The position numbers and the translations under genes were made by a program. A DNA stretch of 64,000 nucleotides from the IMG/VR virus record IMGVR_UViG_3300010373_000005, positions 14,575 to 78,574 of that record; one strand, given 5' to 3'. Shown in pieces: positions 41,155 through 50,625 of this stretch. This stretch comes from a virus. Within the stretch, counting starts at the first letter, position 1; each line of letters starts with the position of its first letter. A model generated the notes under the pieces. The model made no database searches. It was not told where the DNA came from and saw only the letters and a program-made list of their open reading frames with translations.

Positions 41155-44004
41155 TCAGAACTTCTTCTCCTTTCCGTCCTTGTCGGTCTCCTTCTTGAGG
41201 TGGTCGGGACGATCGACGATCGTCGTCCTGTTCAACCACTCGATGAACTCCGGTGTCTTCACGTACGTGCGCCCGATCTTCTTGAGCGCCTGCTTCCTCA
41301 CCAGCACCGACAGCAGGTTGCCGGCTATGCCGTAGTCACCTCCCACCCAGTCCCGCAGGTCATGCTGGTCCACGTAGTCGGAGAACAGCAGGTGCTGGTG
41401 CAGGTCCTTCGGATTGATCGTCGACTCGATGGCGGACTTGATCTCAGCCGGGTCGCGCAGGACGTGCGTCTGCTGCAGGGCCCTCGAGTAGTACTCGTAC
41501 CCGAAGATCTTGGACGAGTAGACCCTGTCGAGGAGCGCCACCACGAACTTGACGTGGCACCTCCTCACGCGCACCTTTGTCTCGTCCTCGTCCTGCGTCG
41601 AGAAGGTCCGGCACGCCACTGACGCGGCGAGCCTCGAGAGCTTCTCAGGCATAGAGCCTGCATCGACCAGTGGTATCTGCGCGCTGTACTTCTTGGACAA
41701 ACTGACTGCTTCTTCGTGCGCGTGCTCTGACGCGTCCTCGTCGAACAGCACGTCACCGCGCTTACGAGTCCAGGCCCACAGGATCAGGGAGTGGCACAGC
41801 TCGCTAGTGTACACGTGCGGCACGTCCGGCGGGTTGCGCCTGAGCTCGTCGAGGACTCCCGGATCGACCTCCTCCTTGCTGACTATCAGTGCTGCGTCGA
41901 ACCTGCGGATGTCCTCGGGCGCACCGATCAGGTCCCTGACCGCTTCCACGCCGAACGCGTAGGATGACACGGTCCTGTCGTGCCTGCAGTTCGAAAGACC
42001 GACCAGTCTGGTCCTGGCGAGCGTTCGCTTCTTCTCGATCTTGGTAATCTCAGCCACACCGGACGACCGCATGTCGGTGCACTTGCTGAAAGCCTCTGTA
42101 GACATGCCCTTCATCTCCTCGAGCCCGACGAGTCGCCGGTCGTGGGTCGGTATGACGCCCCAGGAGATGATCCACTGCTCGCCCACCTTCTTGACGCCGC
42201 CCAACAGGCCGGCCGGAGTGGCGCCCTTGCAGACCAGCTTCTCCCCGACGCGGTAGTGCCTCAGTAGGTTGTCGAAGACGTAACTCTTGCCCTGGGCTGA
42301 GTCCCCGACAATGAGCGTCTCGACCCACCCCTTGACCTCCTTGCCGTCCAGGTCGAGCAGCAGCGGCGAGTGGTACGCCAGGTCGACGAACAGGTGGACG
42401 TCGTGCCGCATGAAGATCCTGGTGACGTTGCGCTCCAGGTCAGAATAGAGGTGATGGAGCTTCGTCTCGATACCCTCCCTGGACCACTCGTCGGGCCTGA
42501 AGACGCGGAGCTTCTCGAGGTCAGTGGGCACGTACGTGCTGAGGGCATCGTGGGCGGCCTCGGCCTCTGATAGGACCAGCGTCGCCTGTTGGTTCTGCGG
42601 GTGCGGGAACATCCTGCCGGTGAACTCGTAGGACGCGTTCAGCTCTCCTGTGCAGCTGACGCACAGGCCGCGCCTGGCGGACTTGTCCACGTCCTGATTG
42701 GAGATCTCGAGTGACGGTGCTATCTGTACGTCCTCCACGTCGAAGTGGCCGGTCACGTCGAGCTGCGCGTCCTTGCACGCACGCGGGACTCTTATGGCGT
42801 CGCGCATGGCGCCGTCGAGGTGCTGACTCGCTGCGTGCACCATCTGCAGTATGGAGGGCGACTCTGGGCTCACGTCGAACTCAGTGGCGTCGGACGCGTA
42901 CACCGCGCACAGCGGGCAGCAGTTCTGCATCTTCCCACACTTGACCTTGACCCTGCGCGGTACCACGTAGTGACCGACCACCGACGCCGACACCACGCCG
43001 CTGAACCTCATCCGGCGCCCGACGTTGGTCGCTCTCACCGTCTCGTGCAGCCTGCAGGACAGCACCGACTCTTCGCCATTCACCTGATGATCAGGTACGG
43101 CATCTGGGAGCCACTGTGGAGTACCGAGGACGAGGGCGACCAGGTCACCGCTCTCCGCAGCCACGAAGTCGTTGACGTCTCCCTTGGGATGCTTGTCCCT
43201 GTCGAGGGGCAGCTGCACCCAACCGAGCCAAGAGGCGACCAGTCTCAGTCGCATCAGGTGCGCCTCTGCTGCCTTGACTCCCGCGTCATCCACGTCCATC
43301 ATGACGTAGACCTTCTTGCCCTTGAACTCCATAGTCAGCTCGGGCTCCCAGTTGCCCTCGCCTGCCGTGGCACACACCGCGCCTATCCCGTGTGAGTTAA
43401 GCAGTCGCGCTGCCAGTATGGCCTTCATCTCGCCCGCGCAAAGCACGATCGTCTCGTATTCCATCTGTTCTATCGGGTACAGGCGGGTCTGCCCGCGCCC
43501 GCTGAGATTTCGCATCTTCTCAGGACCGGGGGCTCCAGGAAGATACTTGCGGATGTTCACGAACAGCCCGTGGGCGTTCTTGACTGGGATGGTGACCCGG
43601 CCGTCCTGATACCCGATGCGGTACTTCCGCAGGTCCTCGTCCGTGATGCCCCGGTCCCTGAGCGCCTTCAGCAGGTGGGGCTGGGACGGGAGCATCTGGA
43701 ACGCAGTCTCCACCACGCTCACGTCGACGGTCTTGACCTCCTCGAGGTCGTACATTGTCGACAGAAACTTGAAGACGGTGGAACGGTTCTTCCCGGTGGC
43801 CAGCGAGTAGAACTGGACGAAGTCTCCCTTAGCAGGACACACCTTACAATTCCACAGACCGCTCTCCACGTTCATCGTGGCCGAGGGGTCCTTGTCATCA
43901 TGCCCGGGATCTGGACACTGTAGCTTCACCTCTGAGTCTGACAGTGGTTTGAAGGTCCACTTCAGGCGCTCGAGCTCGGCTAGTACTGAGATCCTTGACG
44001 CCAT
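41155..44004 (-). CDS. bifunctional DNA primase / P-loop helicase (949 aa)
   Basis: zf-CHC2-like CPDPGHDDKDPSATMNVESGLWNCKVCPAKGD; TOPRIM IVLCAGEMKA ... YVMMDVDDAG; Walker A LIVGDSAQGKSY in the C-terminal half. Confidence 0.8.
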   Translation of the reverse strand: MASRISVLAELERLKWTFKPLSDSEVKLQCPDPGHDDKDPSATMNVESGLWNCKVCPAKGDFVQFYSLATGKNRSTVFKFLSTMYDLEEVKTVDVSVVETAFQMLPSQPHLLKALRDRGITDEDLRKYRIGYQDGRVTIPVKNAHGLFVNIRKYLPGAPGPEKMRNLSGRGQTRLYPIEQMEYETIVLCAGEMKAILAARLLNSHGIGAVCATAGEGNWEPELTMEFKGKKVYVMMDVDDAGVKAAEAHLMRLRLVASWLGWVQLPLDRDKHPKGDVNDFVAAESGDLVALVLGTPQWLPDAVPDHQVNGEESVLSCRLHETVRATNVGRRMRFSGVVSASVVGHYVVPRRVKVKCGKMQNCCPLCAVYASDATEFDVSPESPSILQMVHAASQHLDGAMRDAIRVPRACKDAQLDVTGHFDVEDVQIAPSLEISNQDVDKSARRGLCVSCTGELNASYEFTGRMFPHPQNQQATLVLSEAEAAHDALSTYVPTDLEKLRVFRPDEWSREGIETKLHHLYSDLERNVTRIFMRHDVHLFVDLAYHSPLLLDLDGKEVKGWVETLIVGDSAQGKSYVFDNLLRHYRVGEKLVCKGATPAGLLGGVKKVGEQWIISWGVIPTHDRRLVGLEEMKGMSTEAFSKCTDMRSSGVAEITKIEKKRTLARTRLVGLSNCRHDRTVSSYAFGVEAVRDLIGAPEDIRRFDAALIVSKEEVDPGVLDELRRNPPDVPHVYTSELCHSLILWAWTRKRGDVLFDEDASEHAHEEAVSLSKKYSAQIPLVDAGSMPEKLSRLAASVACRTFSTQDEDETKVRVRRCHVKFVVALLDRVYSSKIFGYEYYSRALQQTHVLRDPAEIKSAIESTINPKDLHQHLLFSDYVDQHDLRDWVGGDYGIAGNLLSVLVRKQALKKIGRTYVKTPEFIEWLNRTTIVDRPDHLKKETDKDGKEKKF

Positions 44005-44081
44005 CCGAATGATCCTGCTTTGGTTCTACCAAAAACAGACTACGTCGTGTAGAAATCGAGGGCCGGCAGCTCAGGAGGGTC

Positions 44082-44109
44082 AGTATAATGGGGGCATCCC
44101 ACTTCGCAA
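44082..44109 (-). promoter_or_regulatory. possible sigma70-like promoter: TTGCGA-N16-TATACT
   Basis: Minus strand: -35 TTGCGA (44104-44109), -10 TATACT (44082-44087), upstream of the primase gene. It deviates from the main promoter family. Confidence 0.3.
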
Positions 44110-44153
44110 CCACTGGCCGCCGGCTACCTCAAAGAGAAGCCTAGGCAGCTAGC

Positions 44154-45035
44154 CTAGAACTGCGTCTCGTTCGCGCCTGCAGGGGCGAAGTCTTCCTCGT
44201 CGGCGAGGTCTGGTCGCAGCTGGTCGAGCTTAGCCTGGATGACCAGCTCGTCGTGCATCTTCGTCAGGGCAGCGAACTCATCCCTGTTCTGCACGAACTT
44301 CGGCACATCGGGACTCGACGGGTTGTCGACGTCAATGCCGAACCACGCGCCCTCACTGTTGCGCCGCTCGGTCTTGGGCACCCGGCCCTCGAAGATGCAG
44401 CCCCACATGGCGCACCCTCGCGCGTCGACCTTGAGGCCGAAAGACGAGCCGACCTTGTGCTCACCCTTGGCGAACGACACGGTAACCATCATGCCGGTGT
44501 ACTCCGGGTGACCGACGATCACGATAACGTACGTCAGGAACTCGATGTGCTTGAGGTAGCACTCCTTTCCCTTGCTGTCGAGCTTCGGGTTGCCGGCGGG
44601 GTCGAGGCACTTGTCGGCATCCCGGAGATCAGCATCTCTCGCCCTGCGCGCCACGTCGCTGGCCGGGTCCCGCGTACGCGAGCCCTTGACGAACATTGGC
44701 AGCTGGTCCTTCAGCGCCCACGGGTTGGCTGTCGCCCACTCCGGGTAGAACAGCAGCGGGATGAAGTAGAACGGCTCCTCGTTCCTGGCGAACAGCATCG
44801 CCTGCGGGGCCAGCACCAGTTCTCCCGGGTTGAAGTCCTTGTACTTCTCTGTCCTCTGGCCCTGGATCACCTTGAGCCGCGGCGGCGTGATGTACTTCCG
44901 CAGCTCGCTCGTGCCGTGGTCCTGCACCTCCGCGATGAAGTCTGGGACTTCCTTGTTCGCGGGACGCGACAGCAGCGATATCGCGTTGATCGGGGCGGCC
45001 ACCTCGGCCAGCTCTGTCGTAGTTGCCTTACTCAT
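44154..45035 (-). CDS. hypothetical replication-module protein (293 aa); possibly an ssDNA-binding protein
   Basis: Track ORF located next to the primase-helicase. The acidic C-terminal tail ends in Phe (DLADEEDFAPAGANETQF), as in T7 gp2.5. No fold-level evidence. Confidence 0.55.
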   Translation of the reverse strand: MSKATTTELAEVAAPINAISLLSRPANKEVPDFIAEVQDHGTSELRKYITPPRLKVIQGQRTEKYKDFNPGELVLAPQAMLFARNEEPFYFIPLLFYPEWATANPWALKDQLPMFVKGSRTRDPASDVARRARDADLRDADKCLDPAGNPKLDSKGKECYLKHIEFLTYVIVIVGHPEYTGMMVTVSFAKGEHKVGSSFGLKVDARGCAMWGCIFEGRVPKTERRNSEGAWFGIDVDNPSSPDVPKFVQNRDEFAALTKMHDELVIQAKLDQLRPDLADEEDFAPAGANETQF

Positions 45036-45125
45036 AGTCTCTTTCCTCTTTCATTCTTAAGCTATCAGGGTCACTAGTGAACTGCCGTCGCGAGCGGTGA
45101 CCGTGCGCGGGGACGGTGGCTTCAG

Positions 45126-45854
45126 CTAGAAGGGAGCTTCCTCCTGCGCCTCTGTCATGAACGACGGGGCCGCAGACTTCCGTGGTTTCACCTCTTCCTC
45201 CTCGACCCGTCGATCCTCGTCGAACGTGTCCTGCAGGCCAATGACCTCGGGGTAGTCTGCCAGCTCCGGTCTGAGGATGAGATCTCTGACGTAATCGTAC
45301 ATCCGCCGCAGCAGGTCGGGCCTCTGCACGTCGGGAGCCTCGCCGTCGTCAAGAATTGGTCGCTTCTTTCGGATTACCATCTTCGGCAAGATGTACATCT
45401 TGCTCGGGTCGCACCCCTTCGGACAGGGTTTTCCCTCGGCAAGATCCGCCTCGACTCGTTCTATCATCTTGTTCCAGTCGGGGCTGAACGGCGCGTCCTT
45501 CGGCACGCCGAAGTAGTCCATCAGCTGCTGGTACTCGGGTGAGTCCTTTTTGGGCAGCTTGACCGTCGGCTTGGCGTCAGGAGACGCAGTACAGTACTCT
45601 GTCCTGATCGGGTCGCCGTCGCCCGCCAGCACGTACAGGTGACAGCCTTGTCTGATAAGGTCCTCGGAGATTCCCTTGATCTCCTTGCGCGCGTCCTCGA
45701 GGAGCTTCTCCACCTCCTTGAGGGCGTAGATGTCGTCTGCGATCTCCCTAAGGTCTGCGGACTCCGCGATCCTCTTGAGCTGCACTGCCTTGGTGCAGGC
45801 CTCCCAGTGCAGCGCCCTCGCTGCGGCATAGATCTCCTTAGCTAGTGGCTTCAT
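45126..45854 (-). CDS. hypothetical protein (242 aa) with an acidic C-terminal tail ending in Phe
   Basis: Track ORF. The C-terminus is ...SFMTEAQEEAPF. Confidence 0.55.
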   Translation of the reverse strand: MKPLAKEIYAAARALHWEACTKAVQLKRIAESADLREIADDIYALKEVEKLLEDARKEIKGISEDLIRQGCHLYVLAGDGDPIRTEYCTASPDAKPTVKLPKKDSPEYQQLMDYFGVPKDAPFSPDWNKMIERVEADLAEGKPCPKGCDPSKMYILPKMVIRKKRPILDDGEAPDVQRPDLLRRMYDYVRDLILRPELADYPEVIGLQDTFDEDRRVEEEEVKPRKSAAPSFMTEAQEEAPF

Positions 45855-46192
45855 GTCATGGCTCCTTCAAGTGATTGTGGGCCCATCTCCACTTCTCTGT
45901 AGTCGCGGATGTCGTCCCGCGCGTCCCAGATCAGGGCACGCGCCGATCCCCACTCTGCCACTACGGCAGCCACCATGGTGATCAGCGCAGTCATCCTGCC
46001 AGACAGTATGAGGTAGTCCTCAGAGTGGTCGAAGCCGAGGTTCTTGAGCTTAGCCACTACCCTCACCTGGAACTCAGCCGAGAAGGGATTCGGGTGCATG
46101 CTGACGTGGTCGTACATGAGCACAATCTGCCCGAACTTCTCTGCCTTGTCGGTGGGCAGCGACGTTGGTTCTAGTAAGAATGCGCGACTCAT
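45851..46192 (-). CDS. hypothetical protein (113 aa)
   Basis: Track ORF. It is the first gene after promoter 46216-46244 and has a GGAGG SD. Confidence 0.5.
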   Translation of the reverse strand: MSRAFLLEPTSLPTDKAEKFGQIVLMYDHVSMHPNPFSAEFQVRVVAKLKNLGFDHSEDYLILSGRMTALITMVAAVVAEWGSARALIWDARDDIRDYREVEMGPQSLEGAMT

Positions 46193-46215
46193 GAAGACCT
46201 CCGAATGATAGGTCT

Positions 46216-46244
46216 ATTATAACAAGTGCTAGGACAGTTGTACA
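46216..46244 (-). promoter_or_regulatory. sigma70-like promoter: TGTACA-N17-TATAAT
   Basis: Minus strand: -35 TGTACA (46239-46244), 17-nt spacer, TGT-TATAAT (46216-46221). It overlaps the 3' end of the last island gene. Confidence 0.55.
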
Positions 46245-47134
46245 CCATCTTCACGTCTTTTTTGAAAATATTCCTGAACTTTCCGCCTGAAGGCCTCCGG
46301 CGCTGTCAGCGACCACTTGAGCAGGCCCTGCTCGTCGTTCTCGACGTGCTCGCGCGGGCTGAAGCCAGGAAGCATGAGCCTGCGCCCGCGAGTGTCTCTG
46401 TCCTGAAGAGATCCGTGGTGCATGTGTACGATCGAGCCCATGACGAACCCGAATGACAGCAACTCGCCGTTCGCCCAGCGGCGCACGTCGTTCTGCACCG
46501 TGCTGCCTACCTCCGACGTCCGGAACGGGTCGACGCCCGTGAAGGCCCTGAGCATCAGGGTGTCACCGTTGCCTGTGACGGCCCGGTCGTACAGCCTGAA
46601 GCCACGCCTGAGGTGACTCGCGCGCATCGCCCAGGCCATGCCGGGGTGACTCTGCGCGAAGTCGCACCACATCTTGGCGTACGTCGACCAGTGCCAGCCC
46701 GTGGACTTCACGGGCGTCGTGATCCTCTCGTCAGAGTCCGTCAGTGACGCGTCGCTGAACATCTGCACGACGTCGTATCGTTCCAGCTCCCTGAGCGTGT
46801 CGGCCTCCCACCTCGGATTGACGAAGATCACGTCCGCGTCGACCCACGCGACGGCCGTGACCTCCGGGTCTCGCAGTGCCTTCGCGAAGCCAACGTTGAG
46901 CAATGCCTCCTTCTGCCACATCCAGTTCTCGGCTCGGGTGCCACGGAGCGTCGTCCAGGCGTGCAGGCCTCGGCTGATGACGTCATTGTCATTGACACTG
47001 ACGTCATCGTCGAGGACTAGTTCCACTATGTGTACCGGCCTGTCGATGACGTGCAGGAACCTCTTCAAGTTCTCGACGGGTCGCCGGTACTGGCACGGGT
47101 TGAAGTGACACGCTACCACAGCTAGCTTCGGCAT
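46229..47134 (-). CDS. GT-A-like nucleotide-sugar transferase (301 aa)
   Basis: AVVACHFNPCQYRRPVENL N-terminus and AWVDADVIFVNPRW (DxD-type) motif. The family was not identified by search. Confidence 0.5.
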   Translation of the reverse strand: MPKLAVVACHFNPCQYRRPVENLKRFLHVIDRPVHIVELVLDDDVSVNDNDVISRGLHAWTTLRGTRAENWMWQKEALLNVGFAKALRDPEVTAVAWVDADVIFVNPRWEADTLRELERYDVVQMFSDASLTDSDERITTPVKSTGWHWSTYAKMWCDFAQSHPGMAWAMRASHLRRGFRLYDRAVTGNGDTLMLRAFTGVDPFRTSEVGSTVQNDVRRWANGELLSFGFVMGSIVHMHHGSLQDRDTRGRRLMLPGFSPREHVENDEQGLLKWSLTAPEAFRRKVQEYFQKRREDGVQLS

Positions 47135-47766
47135 CGCGCCTCCTGCCAGGAGAGCTTCTCAGGAGAAGTCTCCTCGCCGGGGAGCGACACGAACTTGGCA
47201 CGTGGGCGCTGGCACTCGTGCGGCACTGCCTCCCAGAAGTACACGGCCAGCGACTTCCTGAGCACGCCCGGAGGGCACGGGATGGGTCGTGGCACACCGT
47301 GGTAGGAGAAGTCGTTCGTCTGGAACGCGACCAGCCTGTTACGCCTGGGCAGCACGCTGGCCTGCTTCTTGCCCTCCCAGAACTCGAGCCCACCGCCCCA
47401 CTCTGCCGACCACTCGCCGACGAAGAGCACGAGGTTGAGGGCCCGCCTGAAGCCGGTCCTCGGGTGCACGTCGCAGTCGAGATGCAGGTCGAGCACCCCG
47501 CCCGACGGCATCGCGTGCATGCCACCGCCGTGCAGCGTCTCGTCTGTGGTCAGTCCCGCGGGGCAAAGAAGCTGCAGCTGGGCAAGAAGGGAAGCACATA
47601 CGGGTGGTACTGCCTTATTAGCCGCGAGCTTTCGCTCGCCAGGGCTGTCGTACTTGACCCACCCCTCCCAAGACTCGTCCGGAAATTCCTCCGAAGCTTG
47701 AGCGACCAGTCCGGCATCGAGCGCCCCGTCGTAGACATCCCAATAGAAGTCATCGCCTCCCGCCAT
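47122..47766 (-). CDS. 2OG-Fe(II) oxygenase, prolyl-hydroxylase-like (214 aa)
   Basis: Track ORF 47122..47880 trimmed to ATG 47764-47766. GGVLDLHLDCD (HxD) ... GGGLEFW ... NRLVAFQTNDFSYHGV (distal His) ... RKSLAVYFW (Arg). Confidence 0.7.
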   Translation of the reverse strand: MAGGDDFYWDVYDGALDAGLVAQASEEFPDESWEGWVKYDSPGERKLAANKAVPPVCASLLAQLQLLCPAGLTTDETLHGGGMHAMPSGGVLDLHLDCDVHPRTGFRRALNLVLFVGEWSAEWGGGLEFWEGKKQASVLPRRNRLVAFQTNDFSYHGVPRPIPCPPGVLRKSLAVYFWEAVPHECQRPRAKFVSLPGEETSPEKLSWQEARCRS

Positions 47767-48479
47767 GACTCGAAGAGGGGCCAGACCCGCTCCCTCCAGT
47801 ATGGCAGGTCGTACGGGTTGCGGTCCCCCTGCTCGAACAGGCATGCCGTCTCCTTCCTCGTGAAGTGCCTCGAGGGCCATATCTCTACTCCATGTGAGTT
47901 CTGATCAATTTCCTCCCAGTCTCGCGACCGGACTGCCTCGTTGTCGAACCAGAAGAACGTGCCCGAGTAGTGCCACGGCACCACCTGCTGCACCCCGCTG
48001 AAGTAGCACTGCGGGCGTCGGAAACACCCGGCCATGTGGTGCTCTTCCATGGCCGCGTCTAGTAATTTAGGCCAGTCCAGGCACACGTGCGTCATGACGT
48101 CGACCCACAGCCTGACAGACTCGTAGCACGCCTGCTGGTGCGTGTGCGTGACTCCCTTCGCGTGACAGTAGAAAGTCCTGCCCGGCTGGTCGACTACGGC
48201 GCGCACCAGCGGACGCCACGTCACCACCTCCCTGAGCTGCGGGTCGTTGTCGTAGATCTCTATCTCCGCGTCGGGAGGAAGCTCGTCTGCCACCTCCTGC
48301 GGGTCGGCCGTCTCGACCGTTATGTCTTCGGTGACAACCACGGGCTCGGCAGACGTGACCACTGCGACGACCTTCTTCCCGTCGAACTGGTCCCAGCGCT
48401 CCGCCAGCATGCGCAGCAGGCGCTGCCACTCGGAGCTGGTCTTCACCGGCCAGACGTGAACCAGGAGATGACTCTTCAC
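47550..48479 (-). CDS. conserved unknown, island paralog 1 (309 aa as read to its stop)
   Basis: GTG 48477-48479 forms a GTGA overlap with the methyltransferase stop. Paralogous to 50622..51332 (FDGKKVVAV, FYCHAKGVTH, WHYSGTFFWF, GVEIWPS). The reading frame continues about 80 codons past the paralog's end point and overlaps the oxygenase gene by 217 nt. Confidence 0.6.
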   Translation of the reverse strand: MKSHLLVHVWPVKTSSEWQRLLRMLAERWDQFDGKKVVAVVTSAEPVVVTEDITVETADPQEVADELPPDAEIEIYDNDPQLREVVTWRPLVRAVVDQPGRTFYCHAKGVTHTHQQACYESVRLWVDVMTHVCLDWPKLLDAAMEEHHMAGCFRRPQCYFSGVQQVVPWHYSGTFFWFDNEAVRSRDWEEIDQNSHGVEIWPSRHFTRKETACLFEQGDRNPYDLPYWRERVWPLFESWREAMTSIGMSTTGRSMPDWSLKLRRNFRTSLGRGGSSTTALASESSRLIRQYHPYVLPFLPSCSFFAPRD

Positions 48480-49003
48480 AGGCTGCACTCCTCCACCCGG
48501 AGGTGGAACCTGTTCTCGTGCCTCGTCCTGGGAAGCCACGTCATTATGTCGAGGTCACTCCACTGCCTGAACAGCGGGTTGGCACGCGCCATAGGGAACC
48601 AGTAGTCGTCGCAGCCTGGCTCGATGCGCTCGATGCGCAGCCTGCGCGGGTATCCCCCGAAGAAGATCTGCGGGAATACGTCGCTCATGTGACGAAAGAA
48701 GTTGATCGACACGACGCCCTCGTGGCCGATCACCATGGCCATCTCGCTGGTCGCGTCTGGGCACCGGATCTCGACGGTAGCTCCTACCTTGCAGACGCGG
48801 GCCACCTCGCGCAGGAACGTGATAGGGCACCTGACGTGCTCGATGCAGTGGCTGGAGTACAGCTGGTCGACGGACGCGTCCTCGAACGGCCACGGGGTGT
48901 CGTTAAGGTCGTGCACCATGTCGGCGCACGCCAGCATGTCTACGTTCACGAAGCCCTCGCCCCTGGGCCTGTCACCGCCGCCTATCTCGATCTTGAGTGT
49001 CAA
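48476..49003 (-). CDS. class I SAM-dependent methyltransferase (175 aa)
   Basis: LKIEIGGGDRPRGEGFVNVD (motif I) ... FEDASVDQLYSSHCIEHV ... VCKVGATVEIRCP (Methyltransf_11-like order). Confidence 0.7.
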   Translation of the reverse strand: MTLKIEIGGGDRPRGEGFVNVDMLACADMVHDLNDTPWPFEDASVDQLYSSHCIEHVRCPITFLREVARVCKVGATVEIRCPDATSEMAMVIGHEGVVSINFFRHMSDVFPQIFFGGYPRRLRIERIEPGCDDYWFPMARANPLFRQWSDLDIMTWLPRTRHENRFHLRVEECSL

Positions 49004-49031
49004 CGCTCACCTCCTGTATATGCTTGATCCA

Positions 49032-49991
49032 TCACGGAAACTCCCGATGCCTGGGGCCTTCGACATCCCCTGCCACTATTGCTAATGCTTTATTGAATTC
49101 ATGAAGACGACAGCAGTGCTGACACTCCGGTATGACGTCGACGCCGTTCCTGACCATGTCGCACCGGCGCTCTCCGAGCCATATCTCGTCGAACCTCTCG
49201 TCGTGCAGGTTACCGAACGTGAAGGCCTCCTGACCTCGGTGGTACGCGCACACGGATACACTACCATCATGCCAGACAAACGGAATAATCCTATGACCAT
49301 GACATTTAGGATACTCGTGAGGCTTGAGATAGTCCTTCCACTTATAAGAAGTAGACTCGATCTCGACTCCGCAATTCACGTACTCCTCCAGCCATGTCGG
49401 GAATGTCACTGGCTGCTGCAGCGCGACGTTGTCGGCCAGGGCGGGCCTGAACTGGAAGTACGCCACGCCCGCGCCGATGGCCTCGTCCAGCATCCTCCTG
49501 CACTGGTCCTGGTTGTCGTTCGTCAGGTTGAAGTTCACCCCGACGTGCGTAGCCCTCGCGTACTCCGCCACGTACTTGGTCAGCACGAACTTCTCGGTGA
49601 CGGTGACCCTGATCCACTCCAGCCTGTCTGGACGCGCTATCCGCCTGTACGCGTTGGTGAACATCCCCTGCTTCAGCCCCAGCCGGTGCGCGTAGGCGAT
49701 CGCATGGTCTATGCCAGAGTACTCGCACGGGTCACCGCCGCCGGTCCACGTCACGGACTGCGAGCCCATCATCCGCATGTCGTCCAGAAGGCCAAGCAGG
49801 TAGTCGAGCTGCAGCTCCTCGCGGGAGTGGTGGCCCTTACGCGCAGATGCGACGTAGAAGCACCATGGGCACTCAGCGCCGCAGTGGTTGGTCGGGCTAA
49901 CCTCCACCGAGACTGGAGCCTTCTTCCAGTTATCGAGCACACCGGAGTGCACGAGCAGCTTCAGCTGCGGGTCGAACTGGGTCGTATGCAT
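49032..49991 (-). CDS. radical SAM enzyme with a Cys-rich C-terminal (SPASM/twitch-like) extension (319 aa)
   Basis: SPTNHCGAECPWCFY (CxxxCxxC), TWTGGGDP (GGE-like), and C-terminal CAYHRGQEAFTFGNL ... RRCD ... PECQHCC. Confidence 0.8.
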   Translation of the reverse strand: MHTTQFDPQLKLLVHSGVLDNWKKAPVSVEVSPTNHCGAECPWCFYVASARKGHHSREELQLDYLLGLLDDMRMMGSQSVTWTGGGDPCEYSGIDHAIAYAHRLGLKQGMFTNAYRRIARPDRLEWIRVTVTEKFVLTKYVAEYARATHVGVNFNLTNDNQDQCRRMLDEAIGAGVAYFQFRPALADNVALQQPVTFPTWLEEYVNCGVEIESTSYKWKDYLKPHEYPKCHGHRIIPFVWHDGSVSVCAYHRGQEAFTFGNLHDERFDEIWLGERRCDMVRNGVDVIPECQHCCRLHEFNKALAIVAGDVEGPRHREFP

Positions 49992-50007
49992 GATAGGTAC
50001 CTACCTC

Positions 50008-50625
50008 TCACCCGTGCACCATGATGTGACCGCTGACGTGCGCTCGCCTGTTAGTCTTCTTCATCATCTCTGCCACGTGCTTGCCGTCTGCGGTCTCCCC
50101 GAAGTCCGCGTACGGCGTGGACTCGACCAGCTTCCTGCGCGCCAACCACCCGCCTATGCCGATACTGCCCTCTTGCGGAATCGCCGTAAACGGCTTCCAG
50201 TTGGCGTGGTTGTGCACGAAGTTGCAGAAGACGAAGTCTGCCGACTTCTCGATGGCTTCTGAAAGAAGCCATTCTAAATATACCGGGCAGCACCAGTCGT
50301 CGTCTGCGAAGCCTCCGACCCACTCGCCGGTGCACCGCGTCCGCTCGTACAGGTCGCGTATCGGGTAGCCCCACTGCCCCACGTGCCTCGGGTGCTCCTC
50401 GAAGGTGAACCGTGGATCGCTGTCGATGCTGGTCTTCAGTACGGAAGACCAGTCTCTGTCAGCGGGACCGTCGTGCGCTACGAGCACCTCGAAGTCCTCG
50501 TGCGTCTGGGCGCGCAGGGCCCACAGCAGCGACACGAGCTGTCGGTGCCTGTGATGCGTCACGATGACCAGCGATACCTTGTTACCCGGCGGGATGACCC
50601 GCGTCTTCCAGTGCGTGAACCTCAC
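50008..50625 (-). CDS. GT2-family (GT-A) glycosyltransferase (205 aa)
   Basis: This is the C-terminal part of track ORF 50008..50994. GTG 50623-50625 forms a GTGA overlap with the upstream stop. VSLVIVTHHRHRQLVSLLWALRAQTHEDFEVLVAHDGP and FADDDW (DxD). Confidence 0.7.
   Translation of the reverse strand: MRFTHWKTRVIPPGNKVSLVIVTHHRHRQLVSLLWALRAQTHEDFEVLVAHDGPADRDWSSVLKTSIDSDPRFTFEEHPRHVGQWGYPIRDLYERTRCTGEWVGGFADDDWCCPVYLEWLLSEAIEKSADFVFCNFVHNHANWKPFTAIPQEGSIGIGGWLARRKLVESTPYADFGETADGKHVAEMMKKTNRRAHVSGHIMVHG

Noticed and set aside
47122-47766. A TET/JBP-type 5mC dioxygenase acting with the C5-MTase-like gene.
   Set aside because: The sequence blocks (LDLHLDCD ... NRLVAFQT ... SYHG ... RKSLAVYFW) look like the prolyl-hydroxylase-type 2OG oxygenase family. 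They are not the TET/JBP core as I remember it, and the gene lies 7 kb from the MTase in a different operon.
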